Positions 1 to 12,877 of a stretch of 64,000 nucleotides of DNA are shown piece by piece; the stretch's first letter is position 1; every line of letters starts with the position of its first letter. Location: assembly GCA_020891255.1 (NCBI GenBank), contig BQFW01000008.1:2294001-2358000 (forward strand), in the 5' to 3' direction. The notes below the pieces were generated by a model. It was not told the origin of the DNA. It saw nothing but the letters and a program-made list of their open reading frames with translations, and made no database searches. The translations under genes and the position numbers were made by a program. The stretch comes from Entomortierella parvispora E1425. Lineage: Eukaryota > Fungi > Mortierellomycota.

Positions 1-1392
1 CGGCCATGGTACCATGTCTGGAACATCTTATGTTCAAGAAAGACTTTGGAGATCAACTCTGGAGGAGTGGCGTCAATGATATCGCCCATCTTACCCCCAA
101 AAGGCGAAGGCCTGTTATAAAACTCATCGATCATTTCCTGGTTGGCCTCTGGTCCCCATTCAGAGTTCATAAACTGCTGTCGTCTGGCCTCCTCCTTGCT
201 TTGGAACTGAAGCGTCAGCTGCCAGGCGATACGATTGTTGCGCATGGAGACACAGCCCCACTGGAGTAAAGTAGAAAAAAAGGCATCAGAACAACAGCAA
301 CATATTCTTGACTCATTCAGACATTCACACAAGTAAAAGTAATTGATGAAACTTACGCCATGTCGATCTCCTCCAACAGCCGACTTGAAGTGAGCAAACT
401 CATCCTTCAGTTGAGGATACTTTTCAGAATCCATCGGTTCTGTCAGGCCCACCATACATGTGAATCCAACCTCCAATTGCTTCTTGTCCTCCTTGGGCAG
501 TTTTCCCTGTTCTTCCAAGTCCCTGTACATGTTTTGTCTGCAAGCACTATAAGTGCCGTCTAACCATTTTGGAGTCATTGTTAGATTTCAATTGCCACTT
601 TTGTTTTCAAAAAAGACTTTGGAATGTCTGAAGAAAAAAAAGGTCATCGTCTTACCTGCCCCGACCACCATATCAGCAATATATTCACTGTTGTCTGCGC
701 AAGTGACCACAACCTTGTCCTTGTGTTCCTCCTTCTCTTCGATTTTGAGAACCCTCTTGCCCCAACCAACTCTCTCGGTTGGAATCTTGGAAAGCATCAG
801 CTTGTACAAATCAGGTCTAGGCAGTAAGATGTTTTCATATCCGCTCCTATAGGTCCCCAACAGCAACAAGAGCGAGGCATATCAAAACGAAGGAGAGTCA
901 TTAGTAACGTCATCTGTCATTTCTTTTTTTTTTTTTTTTTTTGTTTTTGTTTTTGCTTTCTTGATATATCGGCAATGAGTGGAGGCGCGTCAGAGTTAGA
1001 AGATAGTGTTGCTTTACAATCCTTTCAAGTCCCGGTGCACGAGTTCGCCAATGAGGCTTAGATTTTCGTTATAATGAAGAACTCTTGGGAAAGGGAGCGA
1101 GATCGCATGCAACTCTTCGAGCATTCCAAGTTGTTCAAACAAGGCCTGGATACCAGGTGTCAAAGACATGACGGACCGTTTGATAGAAAAAAAAGAGAAT
1201 TAGGATCAAAAGGTGAAGTTGGGCGCAAAAACTGTGATTGAATCAATTACCCAACGGTTTGAGAGTGATGGCCCGTTCGAGAATGCAGTAATCAATGCCC
1301 ATACGCTCCAGAAGCATGCCCAGCATGAGGCCACCCAGGCCGCCGCCCACGACAATCACTTTGGGCAGCGGTCTTTCGCTTGGCAGGGACAT
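1..1392 (-). CDS. FAD-dependent monooxygenase (UbiH/MAK1-like), multi-exon, 3' part runs off the window
   Basis: N-terminal MSLPSERPLPKVIVVGGGLGGLMLGMLLER..ILER is a GxGxxG FAD-binding motif. Downstream exons give RPDLYKLMLSKIP..WGKRV and ADMVVGA(DG), typical of this family. Confidence 0.85.
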
Positions 1393-1929
1393 GGTTAAGG
1401 TCTGTGGGGTTTGAAAATAGGACCGTGAGTGATGGAGGAGGAGAGAGGACAAGAATGTGAAAGTGGCAGAAAGGTGGAAAGAAGGTGGAAAGGCGTCGGG
1501 GGCTATTTATCTGGCTTGCTCTTTGTCTCTCTCCCCGTCCAAGGTCGAGAGACTTTTATCCTTTGTGCGCCGTGAGCACCATTGAGATTGAAGCAACGGT
1601 GGTCACAAGAAACACAACACCTCCGAGGGTACCACAACAGAGAGAGATGGGCAAACCGGTTGCTGTTCTTGCGGAAGGCATGCATGTTTACAGCGAAAGG
1701 TGGGGCAATGCTCGTTTCCCTATTTGCTTGGCGCTTTCAGAAGAGGTCTCAAGATCTAGGCGACAGGCAGTAAAAGATCTTCGAGCTCTGGCTAAATGGG
1801 GACAGTGCGCCAATTTTTGTTGGGCGAAGCTCAATTGTCTCTCCACTCCACCTTCTCTATAATAGCCCTCAGGAGTCAAATGGCGATTTGCGGATAATCT
1901 GCTTGAGGCACTGTTTTGTCGCTCTCTTT

Positions 1930-3369
1930 TTATGATGTTTGATCTACGAAAATAAAACGCTTCATCCTTGGCCAAGACTCTGCCATCCATTGCAGATCCA
2001 TATCCTGCTGAAGCTGTGACCTGGCGAACCGGCCCTTCTTGCAAAGTCTTGCAAGACCTGCTATTTCCCGTTCTTCGCTGGCATGGGCCACGGACAGGGA
2101 GAGCTTTTTATAGAACCTCACATCCTCCCCGACTGGACGACCAATATATTCAATCTCGAGAACCTCTAATCCTTTTAGCGCCTCCATCTCCTGCAAAGCT
2201 CGATTCCCCAACTCGGTGTTGAGCGACCAAACAAGCACCTTGATTCTCAACGATCGCAAACCAGAGCAAATCCAATGATTGCCCATTGCTTCCTGCTCCA
2301 CGTCAGAACCCACCGCGAAGTAATCGTCCACATCCAGTTTCGAGACGGCCAGATTCTCGAGTCGAGTGCATGATGTGCAGATTCGCCGGTACATCTCCGT
2401 GTCCAAGTTACTGGCGTTATAGAGGTCCAGAACAATCAGATTCTTAAAGAGACCTGCCATAATCTCAAACGCTCTTTTGCCGATATCTTGACCCTCAAGA
2501 GTTAAGTCCACCAGACTGGGACAATGAGCCAAAATCGCGGCCAGATCTGCATCCTCAAGGTACAATCCACTCAGTGTCATCTTGGAGAGCCGGGGACAGT
2601 GTTGAAACAAGGAAAAGTCGCTGACCTCCTCTCCCTCCATGTAAGGCACATTTTTCAGTCGAATTAATCGCAGATTTGGGCAACGGGCTGTCCATCTAAC
2701 CAAGACTGCCAGTCCAGGCTCAAAGTTATGATCCAGATCAAGTTCTTCGATAGGCAAAAACAATGGAAGACTATCGAGCGATTGATCCACAGGGAAGCAG
2801 ATGCCACATCCTTCCAAGGTAAGCCTTCCCAAGCTTGGGGAGCTGGACATTAGATAGCCCATCTGGAGAACATCTAACTGCGCATGACTCATTCGCAGCT
2901 CCGTCAACTGCGTGCAGGTGTCGATGATATAAGACAAACAGTCATCGTCCTCATCCAGATACTCCAGATCCAGATATCGTATTCCAGGGTTGTTGCACAG
3001 AAGATGGGCTGTCCCGGTCCAACAATTTTCGGCACCATAGGCTCCCCTCACCGATAACCACTTGATGTTCTGAGTCCAATATGCCAGAAGAGACAGACTC
3101 CCTGCATCGGACCATTCCTTCACATGCACTGAGAGTGACCTAATTGAATGACCATAACCTTCCACGCTTCCAACAGAAGGCATCTTATTTTTTGTGGGAC
3201 GTTCTTGATCCTCCAGGTCCTCATCATCAACATCAAAAACGAGCTCGAGATCACGGAATAACAGTGGCATATATGTTTTGTGCCAGTCCTTCGAGACTTG
3301 AACACAGCGTGCCAGATCAGGACGCCTCAGGTACTGGCCGACATGAAGTTGGATATCGCAAAGATCCAT
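1930..3369 (-). CDS. F-box-like / leucine-rich-repeat (RNI-like) protein
   Basis: ATG at 3369 gives MDLCDIQLHVGQYLRRPDLARCVQVSKDWH (F-box-like start), then repeated LxxLxL units (CPNLRLIRL, CPRLSKMTL, CPSLVDLTL). It is the C-terminal part of the 718-aa track ORF. Confidence 0.75.
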   Translation of the reverse strand: MDLCDIQLHVGQYLRRPDLARCVQVSKDWHKTYMPLLFRDLELVFDVDDEDLEDQERPTKNKMPSVGSVEGYGHSIRSLSVHVKEWSDAGSLSLLAYWTQNIKWLSVRGAYGAENCWTGTAHLLCNNPGIRYLDLEYLDEDDDCLSYIIDTCTQLTELRMSHAQLDVLQMGYLMSSSPSLGRLTLEGCGICFPVDQSLDSLPLFLPIEELDLDHNFEPGLAVLVRWTARCPNLRLIRLKNVPYMEGEEVSDFSLFQHCPRLSKMTLSGLYLEDADLAAILAHCPSLVDLTLEGQDIGKRAFEIMAGLFKNLIVLDLYNASNLDTEMYRRICTSCTRLENLAVSKLDVDDYFAVGSDVEQEAMGNHWICSGLRSLRIKVLVWSLNTELGNRALQEMEALKGLEVLEIEYIGRPVGEDVRFYKKLSLSVAHASEEREIAGLARLCKKGRFARSQLQQDMDLQWMAESWPRMKRFIFVDQTS

Positions 3370-3559
3370 GACTTGTGTAAGAGTGTAAGGGAGGTCAGGT
3401 GTGGTGACAGCAATATCGGTGGAACGAAAGAAAAGAAACGTGCGGGAAGTGCGGCGCAAAATAATAAAAAGAGTACGGCAGGGTTGGAAGCAGTAATTTT
3501 TTTTTATGAACAAATTTGTGAGCCAAGTCTGATACCCAGGACTGCGAATGAGCCCTGTG

Positions 3560-5015
3560 TTAGCGACGAGCCCCTGGTAAGTATCTGTCAAGAGGAGGCA
3601 AAGGCGCTCAGTCAATAATATAATAGCTTGCACACGCGCCTTGGTAAAGTCAAATTGCATTACTAGGTACCTTGGGTATGAACCAAGATGAATACATTTT
3701 TGTGTAAACTCTTGGAGATTCTCGACTGCGCGTTTTACATTATCTTCATTCCCAGGCGCGCCTTCAATGTCAATGTATGTAACATATTCCCAGGGCGAGG
3801 CGAGCGTGATCGTTCGAGATGATGGCCTCGACTCAAGCTTTGTAATGTTGATGTCTCTTAGCGCAAAGCAGGAGCATACTCTGTGCAAAGCACCAACTTG
3901 GTTCTTCATGACCAGCGCGAACGAAGACTTTGGACTTTGGTTTCGATCGGGCTGAAGGACAGGATATCTCGAGATAAGCCAGTATCGCGTGACGTTCGTT
4001 GGTGTGGAATCAGACCCAAGGATGGTGAGATTGTGAAGCTCTGCTGCACGTTTACCCGCCAGCGCCGCCCTGAAAAGTAGTTCCAATGCTTGATGATTAG
4101 AGTAGTTTAGAAAGCACCTTGTGTCATTGTAAAAGGAGAGAACTTACAACCCCCTTTCGTCAGAGGTAGCGACTTGCTCGGCAGCAGTAGCAGTATTACT
4201 GGAGAGGACGGCTCGATAACCTTCTGGGAGAGTGTTGTCCAGAAAGTCTTGACATTGCTCCAGTATCGCGGGATGTGAGAGAACCTCGGTGATGTCTGCA
4301 CCAAAGAGTAACAGGAGTGATGAAAGAATCAATTACATGTCATCTCGTACTATGTAAAAGTATTTTCTTGGCTTATCACAGTTGATCGACCGATGCGATG
4401 CGAAAATATGAATATGGTAGAGGTACGGCAAGGCATGGGGCTGCAAAGCTTACCTTCAAGAGCGGTACCAGGACGGGCCATGATGTAGTGCGACTCACTA
4501 ATCTGGTACTCGCCCACAACCCAGAGACGCGGCTCCTGCTGCGTAAAGAGCTCAAGGACAGAGTGCAGTGTGCCTGAAAGTGAGTTTTCGATGGGGATAA
4601 GACCATGACGGACCGTGCCTCTCTGAACATGATGAAAAAGCTATGATCAAAGAATCCCTGAACTATTAACAAATTTTTGCCACCAATTTTCCAGATCAAG
4701 TTCCTGGGGAGAGTGAGTCAAGATAAAAAAAAGGAAAAAAAAATTACCTCGGTCATAGTGTCAAAACCTTCAGTCTTGAAGGTATGTGAGGTGAAGCTGG
4801 GGTGGGTCGAGGTTAACTCAAGAATCGCATCCTCGGCATAGGCACCATTTGCACCCTGCCAGACAGGCAAGGTAAATTGTAAAAGAGGAACGCGTGTGAG
4901 TCAGTTTGGAACGTATTCAGCGAGTGATTGATTGGCTCCTCTGTGCTGACAGGTGCAGACAAAGCAACCAGTTGCAAAAGAGAAAAGAACCTGCCTGGAA
5001 TCCAATGGTGTTCAT
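3560..5015 (-). CDS. PHA2: Prephenate dehydratase, multi-exon
   Basis: Spliced reading gives MNTIGFQ|GANGAYAE, GLIPIENSLSG, SHPAILEQC, NTATAAE, NVTRY, then the ACT domain KNQVGALHRV..LESRPS..YIDIEG..LGSYP. The stop at 3560 assumes an intron at 3670-3585. Confidence 0.9.
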
Positions 5016-5535
5016 TGGATGGAACAGATCGAGAGAGTGAGTAAGGATGAGATCAGGGATGAGGCGATGGAGCGACGAATGGCGAGATGAAGCAGCCGGT
5101 GGGATTACAAAGGAAATGAGAGGGGAACGAGCAAAAGAGCAAGCAAGCTTCGACGTGGATTTCGCCCAAAAGGGGATCGAAAAACCAAAGAAAAAGTCGG
5201 GCCCCTCCGCCGGCCGCGTGACTACTATGATGAGGACCCTTTCCTTCCTTCCATCCTGCCTTCTTCCTGTCTGCATGCTCATTCGAGAAGGAACCAGAGG
5301 GAGTGAGGGATCGGGGATGACCACATGTCCCATCTGCTCATGATGTCTGCATAGGTGGTGGTGGTGGTGTGATTAATTAACAAAGAAGGATCTCTCTTGG
5401 TGCCATCCATCCCTGTGGGTGCACAGATCACTGCCTCTCCTCGCTTTGGGCTGGTTGGTTGGTTTTCTGGCCAAAGAACGGGGGGTGCCTCTCCACCTTC
5501 GTGCCCTTCTTCGTGCCTTTATCTGTGTTTTGTGC

Positions 5536-5538
<3 letters not shown>

Positions 5539-5583
<45 letters not shown>
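5539..5583. repeat. (GT)n microsatellite, about 22 units
   Basis: Direct reading of the sequence. Confidence 0.95.
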
Positions 5584-5584
<1 letters not shown>

Positions 5585-6416
5585 GGTGTGTGTTGGTGCA
5601 AAGAGGGAGGAGACCTCTCTGTCGTCCGACTGGCCCCCCCTTCTTCCTCCTCCTCTTCTTTCTCTTCATCTATCTCTATCTCATCAGATCCCTCCCCTCC
5701 TTGCCCTCCCCCCGCTCATCTCATTCGCTTTCCCATCTTTTCTCATCCTGCTCCACTTGCTCCTTCTGTTTTCCCCATCTCTCCCATCTCACCCATCCCA
5801 TCTCCCCAGCAATTCAACAAGTCCATAAGCACCCAGACTCATCATCTGATCTTCCGCTCTTCCTCTCTTTCAGCCTTTCCTCTTACCCACATACGCAAGC
5901 TTGACCGCCCCACCTTGTAGTCTCTCATCTGTGCAGATCTCTCATCTCTCTGCCTTTTGGCCGTGGACATGTAAGCACCCCCTTCTCTCCGCTTGCTCAT
6001 TTGACTCTGCAGCATAAGCCCAGACATGCATGCATTCTAGGGTTGCATTGTTGCGCCATAGAGTTTAGCATTGCAAACCCCGACAGCATTCTGATGCATC
6101 AAATGCTCCCCCACCTTGGCTCTAACCTATTCTCCCTCCCTCCCTCCCTTCCTTTCTTCTCATACCATCACCTGCGCAAATCAGACGCACCCATAGAGAT
6201 CCTCTTCAGCGCCTTCATTGTGACCAAAGGCCCTCCGACTGGCTCACTGACTGGCTGACTGACTGACTGACTGGCTGGACTGGTCCATTAGACATTGCAC
6301 AGACAGACAGACAGATCCCTTCCCCCTCAGGAGTGCCTTGCTCACACACCCCCATTGACTCGTTGCAGACCTACAACGGCAACAGCAGCAGCAGAAGCAA
6401 AAGCTCCCGTTCATCA

Positions 6417-9145
6417 ATGAACACAATTCGGCCCTCTGCCTCCAGACCGTCTCATCCATCGACGACGAACTCGACAAAGACTATGGACCTTGTCGCTGCC
6501 GCCGCTGCGGCACTCGAGGCTTCCTCTGCCTCATCCTCTCCTCAAAAGCGCCCCATTAACCATGCAAGCAATTACGGCAGCAATTATAACCACCATCAGC
6601 ACAGCCACAACCACAACGACCGCAGAAAGAACATGCCCATGATGGGTCATCTCGACTCTTGGCGAATTGATAAAGGACTTGAGACTCAGTCCATGAGCAA
6701 TGCAGACAGGTACTTTGCAGGGAGAGAGTTAGAGTGAACGGCGGAAAGAGCAAACAAGATGGTTTGAATTGAGTTCGATGGACTAAAACCAGAGTGCGCA
6801 CATCGCTGACAATTCTTCCTCCTTATGGGTGCATCACCCCCTGCCTTCTTTGTCATCTCCCAGTGCCGCCCTCCGTGCGTCATTGACGCAGTCGCGACAG
6901 ACATGGACTCATTCCGCTTTCAGCCGTTTCAAACCCCAGACTGCCAACAACGGTGGGCACAAAGCCCAATTTGCACCCGTCTCCGAAGTGTCCCTGGCTG
7001 GCGTCTGCACTGTCAGCATTGGCCCACACATCTTCCTTGACACTAAATTCTTCACGGTCCTCAACACAGATAATGAGTCCCATGCTATCAAGTCAGAGTC
7101 GACCCGTGATCGTAGCCGATCCCCTTCGCGCCAGCGCAATGCGGCCCGTCACCAGGTTGCCCTGGAGTTCAAGGAGAACTCTGGCACACAATGGCTCTTT
7201 CCAGAGGAGGCTTCACTTGAGTTCTTCCCTGCTAACGACCGAGACTCTGCTCAGATCACAGCTTCGTTCAGCCTTCCTCTACGTGATCAGTCAAGACAAG
7301 GGAGGCCACAGCAGTCTCGAGCTGGAGACCAGGATATTGCGGTCGACATGACAATTTCACATGCCACAACGGCCTTATGGGAGGGTCTTGAGCTTGCTGT
7401 GAAGGGGCCTCGCACAGTTCATCGTTCAGGCGCCCACAGATCTCACGCTGGCGGTCATCGGTCTCGTACCTCCTCTACCTACGACGAAGATCCCTCAGAG
7501 ATCCTTGGATCTGGAAAGAAGACGTCCCAGAACAGTGAGAGTCCCTCCACGAAACGGAAACAGGATGCATTGGTGAGCCCTTGAGATTGTTTGCTCAAAA
7601 AATGTTGTATAGGGTTCTCCTCAGTCCAATTCATAGTCTAACCCACTCTATCCTTGACCACCAAAAAGACGGACCATCAAAAAGCAACAAAGCTCAAGAA
7701 ACCGAAGCATGAACAGGACATGAAGCCATCTGTGAAAAAAGCGGGAACCAGCACATCTCCGCGGAAGAATGGTACCTCTGCTAGTTCAGCCTCTTCTTCT
7801 ATGCAGCAGAAGCGATGTGGCTATTGCAACTGCTCATCCACCCCAATGTGGAGACGTGGTCCTAAAGGACCGAGTACCCTCTGCAACGCTTGTGGCGTCA
7901 AATGGAAGCATGGCAAGATCCTGCAGGACCAAAGTGACACGCAGGGGGGTCCCAAAGTGGGTGGCTCGTCGTCTTCGGCTTCCCACACCACGTCAGCCTC
8001 TCGCCCACCTCCCTCCAAGGTCAGCAAAGAGACGTCAGTGAACACCGGACAACCTGCGGATGAACTTAGTTCACATACTCGCAATAATAAGAAGGCTTCG
8101 CCCGGCGCAGGACACGGTGGCCGCAGGGACTCTAAGATCTCAGAGCCAGAAAAGATGATTCCAGTCAAAAAGAGACATTTAGGTAAGATTCCAATCAAAA
8201 AAATTGCCTGCCTCAACCCTCAACTCAAATATTGATTCTGTGCATTTTTCATAGCCCCACCTATGTCCCCAGTTGGCCCTAGAATGGTACCAATTCATCA
8301 GCTGGACAATCGCGACCAAACACCGGCACCGAAGAAAAATGGGCTCACTCATCTACTGGATGTTGCTTCTGAAGAATTGAAGTCAACCCTTTTGGCGAGT
8401 GCCCGAAATAAGGCCAGTGCTATACAATCTGCCCCTTCGGTCGTACATGCTCCTACGCCTGCTTCTCCCCCCCTTCCAGCTCCTGCTCCTACACTTGTTT
8501 CTATTCCAACTCCTGCTTCTGCTACTGTTCCTGCAACAGCTCCTAGTACTGCAACTCGACCTGATGAAAACGGCCTCGCCCTCTATCCGGTTAGGACGAC
8601 ATTCACCAACAACACGGCGACATTTCCTCTGCATTTCCCCACCATTTCTGTTGGATTCGGACCCAACAATGCATCATACAACTATCCCAATTGCGCAGTG
8701 GTACTTTATGAGAACCATTTTCAGATTCAGCTAGTCCAGGCAGGCGAGCGCACCGCGATAGATGTCTGGAAGGAGGGGATTGAAGGCACAGAATTTCAGG
8801 TTGTGGATGTTGGTGACGGTGAGAGTATGATCGTGATGAAAGCCCTCTCTCGCCAGTACTTGACCAGGTAAAAAGCATCGCCTTTTATATGGAAAATTGG
8901 GTCTGAATCTATTAGAATGTCGAATGTTCACCCCTCGCTCTCTTTCTCGTCATGATTTGCTTATCATCAGATTCGACAAAGAACTATTGAACCCTGACCG
9001 CAACGAGACATTGATAGTTTTTCGATTTCGGGAACGCCTAGGTGGGGGCGGCCCACCTGTCAAACCGTTGCTTGAACACTGGCTTGCGACGGACATTCCT
9101 GTGCCGCCACCTCCGACAACAGCAATGGATGAAACTGGGGCATAG
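6417..9145 (+). CDS. GATA-type zinc-finger transcription factor, multi-exon
   Basis: CGYCNCSSTPMWRRGPKGPSTLCNACGVKWK is a C-x2-C-x18-C-x2-C GATA finger (ORF 7654..8235). Flanking plus-strand ORFs can be joined by GT..AG introns. Start codon and exon limits are approximate. Confidence 0.8.
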
Positions 9146-9750
9146 TGGCCTTGAGTCAGTTCAGCCTTGTACCTTTTCATTTGGGTCATCCTGGTCCCCA
9201 CCATCGCTCTATGCGCGGAGGCTTTTTATACCATGTGCTTTTAGTTGTCTCTTCTTCCTGACCCGCCTGGGTTCTTTCTGTATTTTTTGTTTCTAAGTAA
9301 TTATTCCGCTGTTCAGAACCCGGACGTTCCTTTCTTGCCCTCTAAACTCCTCATGTCTTGGCCCAATCTGGCCTTGATCCCTCTCTTCCTCCCTGTACTA
9401 TTAATTCTTTGATCTTATTAATCATTCTATGCCATTTCTCTTTCAACACCACGATCCCTCCCCTTCTCGCGTATTTGTTTTGATGAAATAAAAGACCGTA
9501 AAGAGTCTTGCATCCCGCCAGTTCTCCCTTTGGTTTTTGGCTCTGCTGGAGGAGGTCTGTGCACACACGCACCTTTTTTCCGGGCACATTTTGTGTCTCG
9601 CCTGTCTTGGACTGTCTTGTTTCACTCATGCAGAATTGGTTCCGCCCAATTTGTTTCTTTCTTTTTTTTTCCCCTCCTCCACCCTCTTCTTCGTCATTAC
9701 CACATCTCTTTAGCTACTCTGCTCAACAAGGACTTACTACAGTGACCAAC

Positions 9751-10425
9751 ATGGGTACCATTCGTCGATCATCGCACAGTGGTGGCGCTAATGCTGCGTC
9801 TTCGTCTTCGCCTCCCACTTCCGAATCTCAAGAGGGCTCTTCCAGTCCCTCTGACAACGCACATCAGTCATCAGACCCCCATGAGAAAAAGGACCAAGTC
9901 CTTGAAGCCTCCGATCCAGATCTCAACCCGACCTCCTCCTCTGTCACAGTGTCCCCAAAGGCCTCTCCCGCTGTTGCTGAGCAATTAGACGATGCTGTTG
10001 GCACACCGATTAACGAGGATATCGAAGAACAAGACCCGGTGGAGGGTGCTATTGACACTATCCAGGACGAATATAACAATGAAGAGCAAGAAGATAGCCC
10101 GGATCAGGATGTCTCTGTTGAAGATCCGGAAGCTGAGGATGAAGAGGAAGCTCTTCGACTCGATAAAGGTGTTTCTCATCACGTAAACGATTCTGGAGCT
10201 AGTGCTGCTGGCAGTGTCAAAGGACATCATCGACATGGTGAAGTAAACCATTCTTTGGGCTCTCCAGCAGGAGCCACCAAACATGCCAAACGTCCGGCAG
10301 AAGATCACTTCATCGACTCAAACACGACACAGGATGACGAGACTCAGGACTACCTGGCTGGAGCCTACAAGTCGCCCTTCAGACACACCCACAAGGCCGA
10401 GAAGGTCGGAAAAGAGGAACGCTAG
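9751..10425 (+). CDS. Hypothetical acidic, low-complexity protein
   Basis: Open frame from ATG 9751 (MGTIRRSSHS), rich in Ser/Glu/Asp, with no recognisable domain. Confidence 0.5.
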   Translation: MGTIRRSSHSGGANAASSSSPPTSESQEGSSSPSDNAHQSSDPHEKKDQVLEASDPDLNPTSSSVTVSPKASPAVAEQLDDAVGTPINEDIEEQDPVEGAIDTIQDEYNNEEQEDSPDQDVSVEDPEAEDEEEALRLDKGVSHHVNDSGASAAGSVKGHHRHGEVNHSLGSPAGATKHAKRPAEDHFIDSNTTQDDETQDYLAGAYKSPFRHTHKAEKVGKEER

Positions 10426-10928
10426 TTTTATATCTTTCTCCACGAGCGAGCGAGCGATATTAGGTGATCATACGATGAATGAAAAATGAATAAAAAAAAA
10501 ACGATGAAAAGAGTGACTGTGTCTTCTCTTGTCCGTCTGTCCGTGCCCGTGCGGGAAGAAAGAACAGAGGACAGACACCGCGATCATGGTCAATCCGTTC
10601 TTGCTCTCTTCCTCACTCTTTCTCTCCGTTCGGCTGTCCTGCTTCTTTCCTCTTCTTACTCCGCAAACGTCCCTGCCGCACCCACCTCACCTCATTCCCT
10701 GTTTCAACCTCATCCCACTGCCCTTTTCGGACATCCTAACCAACAATTGAACTTAAAGCGGCCTCTCCTGACTTCGTTTTTGATCCGCGAGCGACCTTAA
10801 ATACCATGACCAACACGGCACGCTCTTCCTCCTCATATTCATCGTCCCCACCTACACCCTGTACACCCTCATCTCCAAATCCCTCAACAACGATAACCCC
10901 GGAGACTATGGTCGGAACATTCAACACC

Positions 10929-11281
10929 ATGTCCTTCCCTGCCAACGTTGGCATCCACGCCCTTGAATTCCACTTTCCAGCCCAGGTAAACGCTATGACA
11001 TCCTTTGTGCATGGAATCAGTCTCTCCACGCTTCCGTGTTTCAAAAGGAAAGGCCTACAGTAGACCCGATTCAACTTTTTATTTTCTTGGAAATGAGTCT
11101 GATGCCTTTCCTCTCATTCCCACCTCCCATTTCGCCATCGGCTTTGTCAATGTAGTTTGTCGACCAGGAAGAACTGGAGCAGTTTGACGGCGTGTCTACC
11201 GGAAAGTACACGATCGGACTCGGACAGACCCAGATGGGTGTGTGCGATGATCGGGAGGATATCAACTCGATTTCGCTGACA

Positions 11282-11315
<34 letters not shown>

Positions 11316-12615
11316 GTCTCGAACGGCAGTCTCTCCAAGGCTGCATTTTGTGCCACCCCACACGCGAAGAAACACGCATGCTGAACCGTCCCATCTCTCC
11401 TCCCTTGCGACCCCCCTTCATTTTTTTGTTTTTGCCTTCATTCATGCAGTGGTTCAAAACTTGGTGGAGAAGCACAGCCTCTCTTTCAAAGACATCGGAT
11501 TCCTCGAAGTTGGGACCGAAACCCTGATTGACAAGTCAAAGTCGGTCAAGACTGTGCTCATGACCCTGTTTGAGAAATCTGGCAATTTTGACGTGGTGGG
11601 GATCGATACCAAGAATGCCTGTTATGGTGGCACGGCGAGTGTCTTCAACGCCGTGAATTGGATCGAATCCTCATCTTGGGATGGTCGATGGGCCATCGTG
11701 GTCGCAGCGGACATTGCCTCCTATGCCCCAGGTCCGGCTCGTCCCACGGGCGGTGCAGGCGCAGTCGCTATTTTGATCGGTCCAAATGCGCCAGTCGTTT
11801 TTGATCAAGGTGTACGTGGCACGTTTATGAACAATGTCTGGGATTTTTACAAACCCGAGCTCGGTTGTGAGTATCCCATCGTCGATGGTCACTTTTCCAG
11901 TGTCTGCTACATCCAGTCCTTCGATGCCAGCTACAATTTGTTTACTCAAAAATTTGCCAAGCGATACAGTCCTCATCCCGAAAAGAAAATCACGAGCCAG
12001 GACTTGGACCATGTGGTCTTTCATTCGCCAAACTGCAAACTTGTCCAAAAGGCCTTTGCACGGATGACGTATCTTGACTTGTTGCAGGATCCTGAGAATG
12101 CACTCTATGGCCCCTTGAAGGAGTGGGCACGCTTTGGACAGACTGAGGAATCCTATTACAACAAGGATCTTGAACGCACCTTGATTCAGTTCACCAAAGA
12201 CGAGTACCAGAAAAAGGTCCTGCCTTCACTCTATGCCGCGACGAACGTGGGAAACATGTATACGGCCTCGATGTGGGCAGGTTTGGCCAGTTTATTGTCC
12301 TTGACGCCGGAGCAGGAGCTGTTGCAGAAGCGCGTGGGCCTGTTCTCGTATGGATCGGGATCTGCTGCAACGTTTTTTTCCGCCAGGATCGTCGGCTCTA
12401 CGGAAAGGTTCAAGGAGACGATCCAGATGCAGACTCGGCTGGCTCAACGGATCAAGGTGACGCCGGAACGGTATTCGGAACTGATGCTGCTACGACAGGA
12501 GACGGCGGGTTTGAAGGACTATACCCCGGTCGGTGATACCACCATCATGGCCAAAGGCACCTTTTACCTGCAACATATCGATGACAAGTCCCGTCGGACC
12601 TATGCCCGAGTTTAG
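10929..12615 (+). CDS. ERG13: Hydroxymethylglutaryl-CoA synthase
   Basis: [43 protein letters not shown], catalytic [34 protein letters not shown]. Upstream in-frame ATGs at 10806 and 10908 are alternative starts. Confidence 0.95.
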
Positions 12616-12877
12616 ATAGCTCGTTCTTCTACCTATTTTCAGAGCATACCTATTCATAAAACACGGCCCATCCATGTCCTTTGATGACCGATTCTCGGGA
12701 CATGTGAACAACACCCCTTAACCGCAGTTGAGCCAAAAAGTTCTAAAAAAAAAAGTTTTTCCTGCAGCCTCGTATTTTTTTTTCAACTCTGCATGTTCTT
12801 CACACGCTCGCTACACAAACACACTCTCATAAAAAATACACGAACACTGCACGCACCCATACTAAAAAAACGCAAAA

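Noticed and set aside
3500-3584. ATACTTACC..AATTTGT on the minus strand resembling the U1 snRNA 5' end and Sm site
   Set aside because: Spacing is too short, the U1-70K loop and four-way junction are missing, and the sequence is explained as the last PDT exon and UTR.
1930-4086. The 718-aa ORF as one conventional gene
   Set aside because: Its first Met is not a real start (upstream PDT exons exist) and it merges a PDT exon with an F-box/LRR gene. Annotated as two genes, with the possible fusion kept as a finding.
5373-5920. Several 100-160 aa ORFs with CV/HT repeats
   Set aside because: They arise from the (GT)n microsatellite and pyrimidine-rich promoter/UTR sequence.
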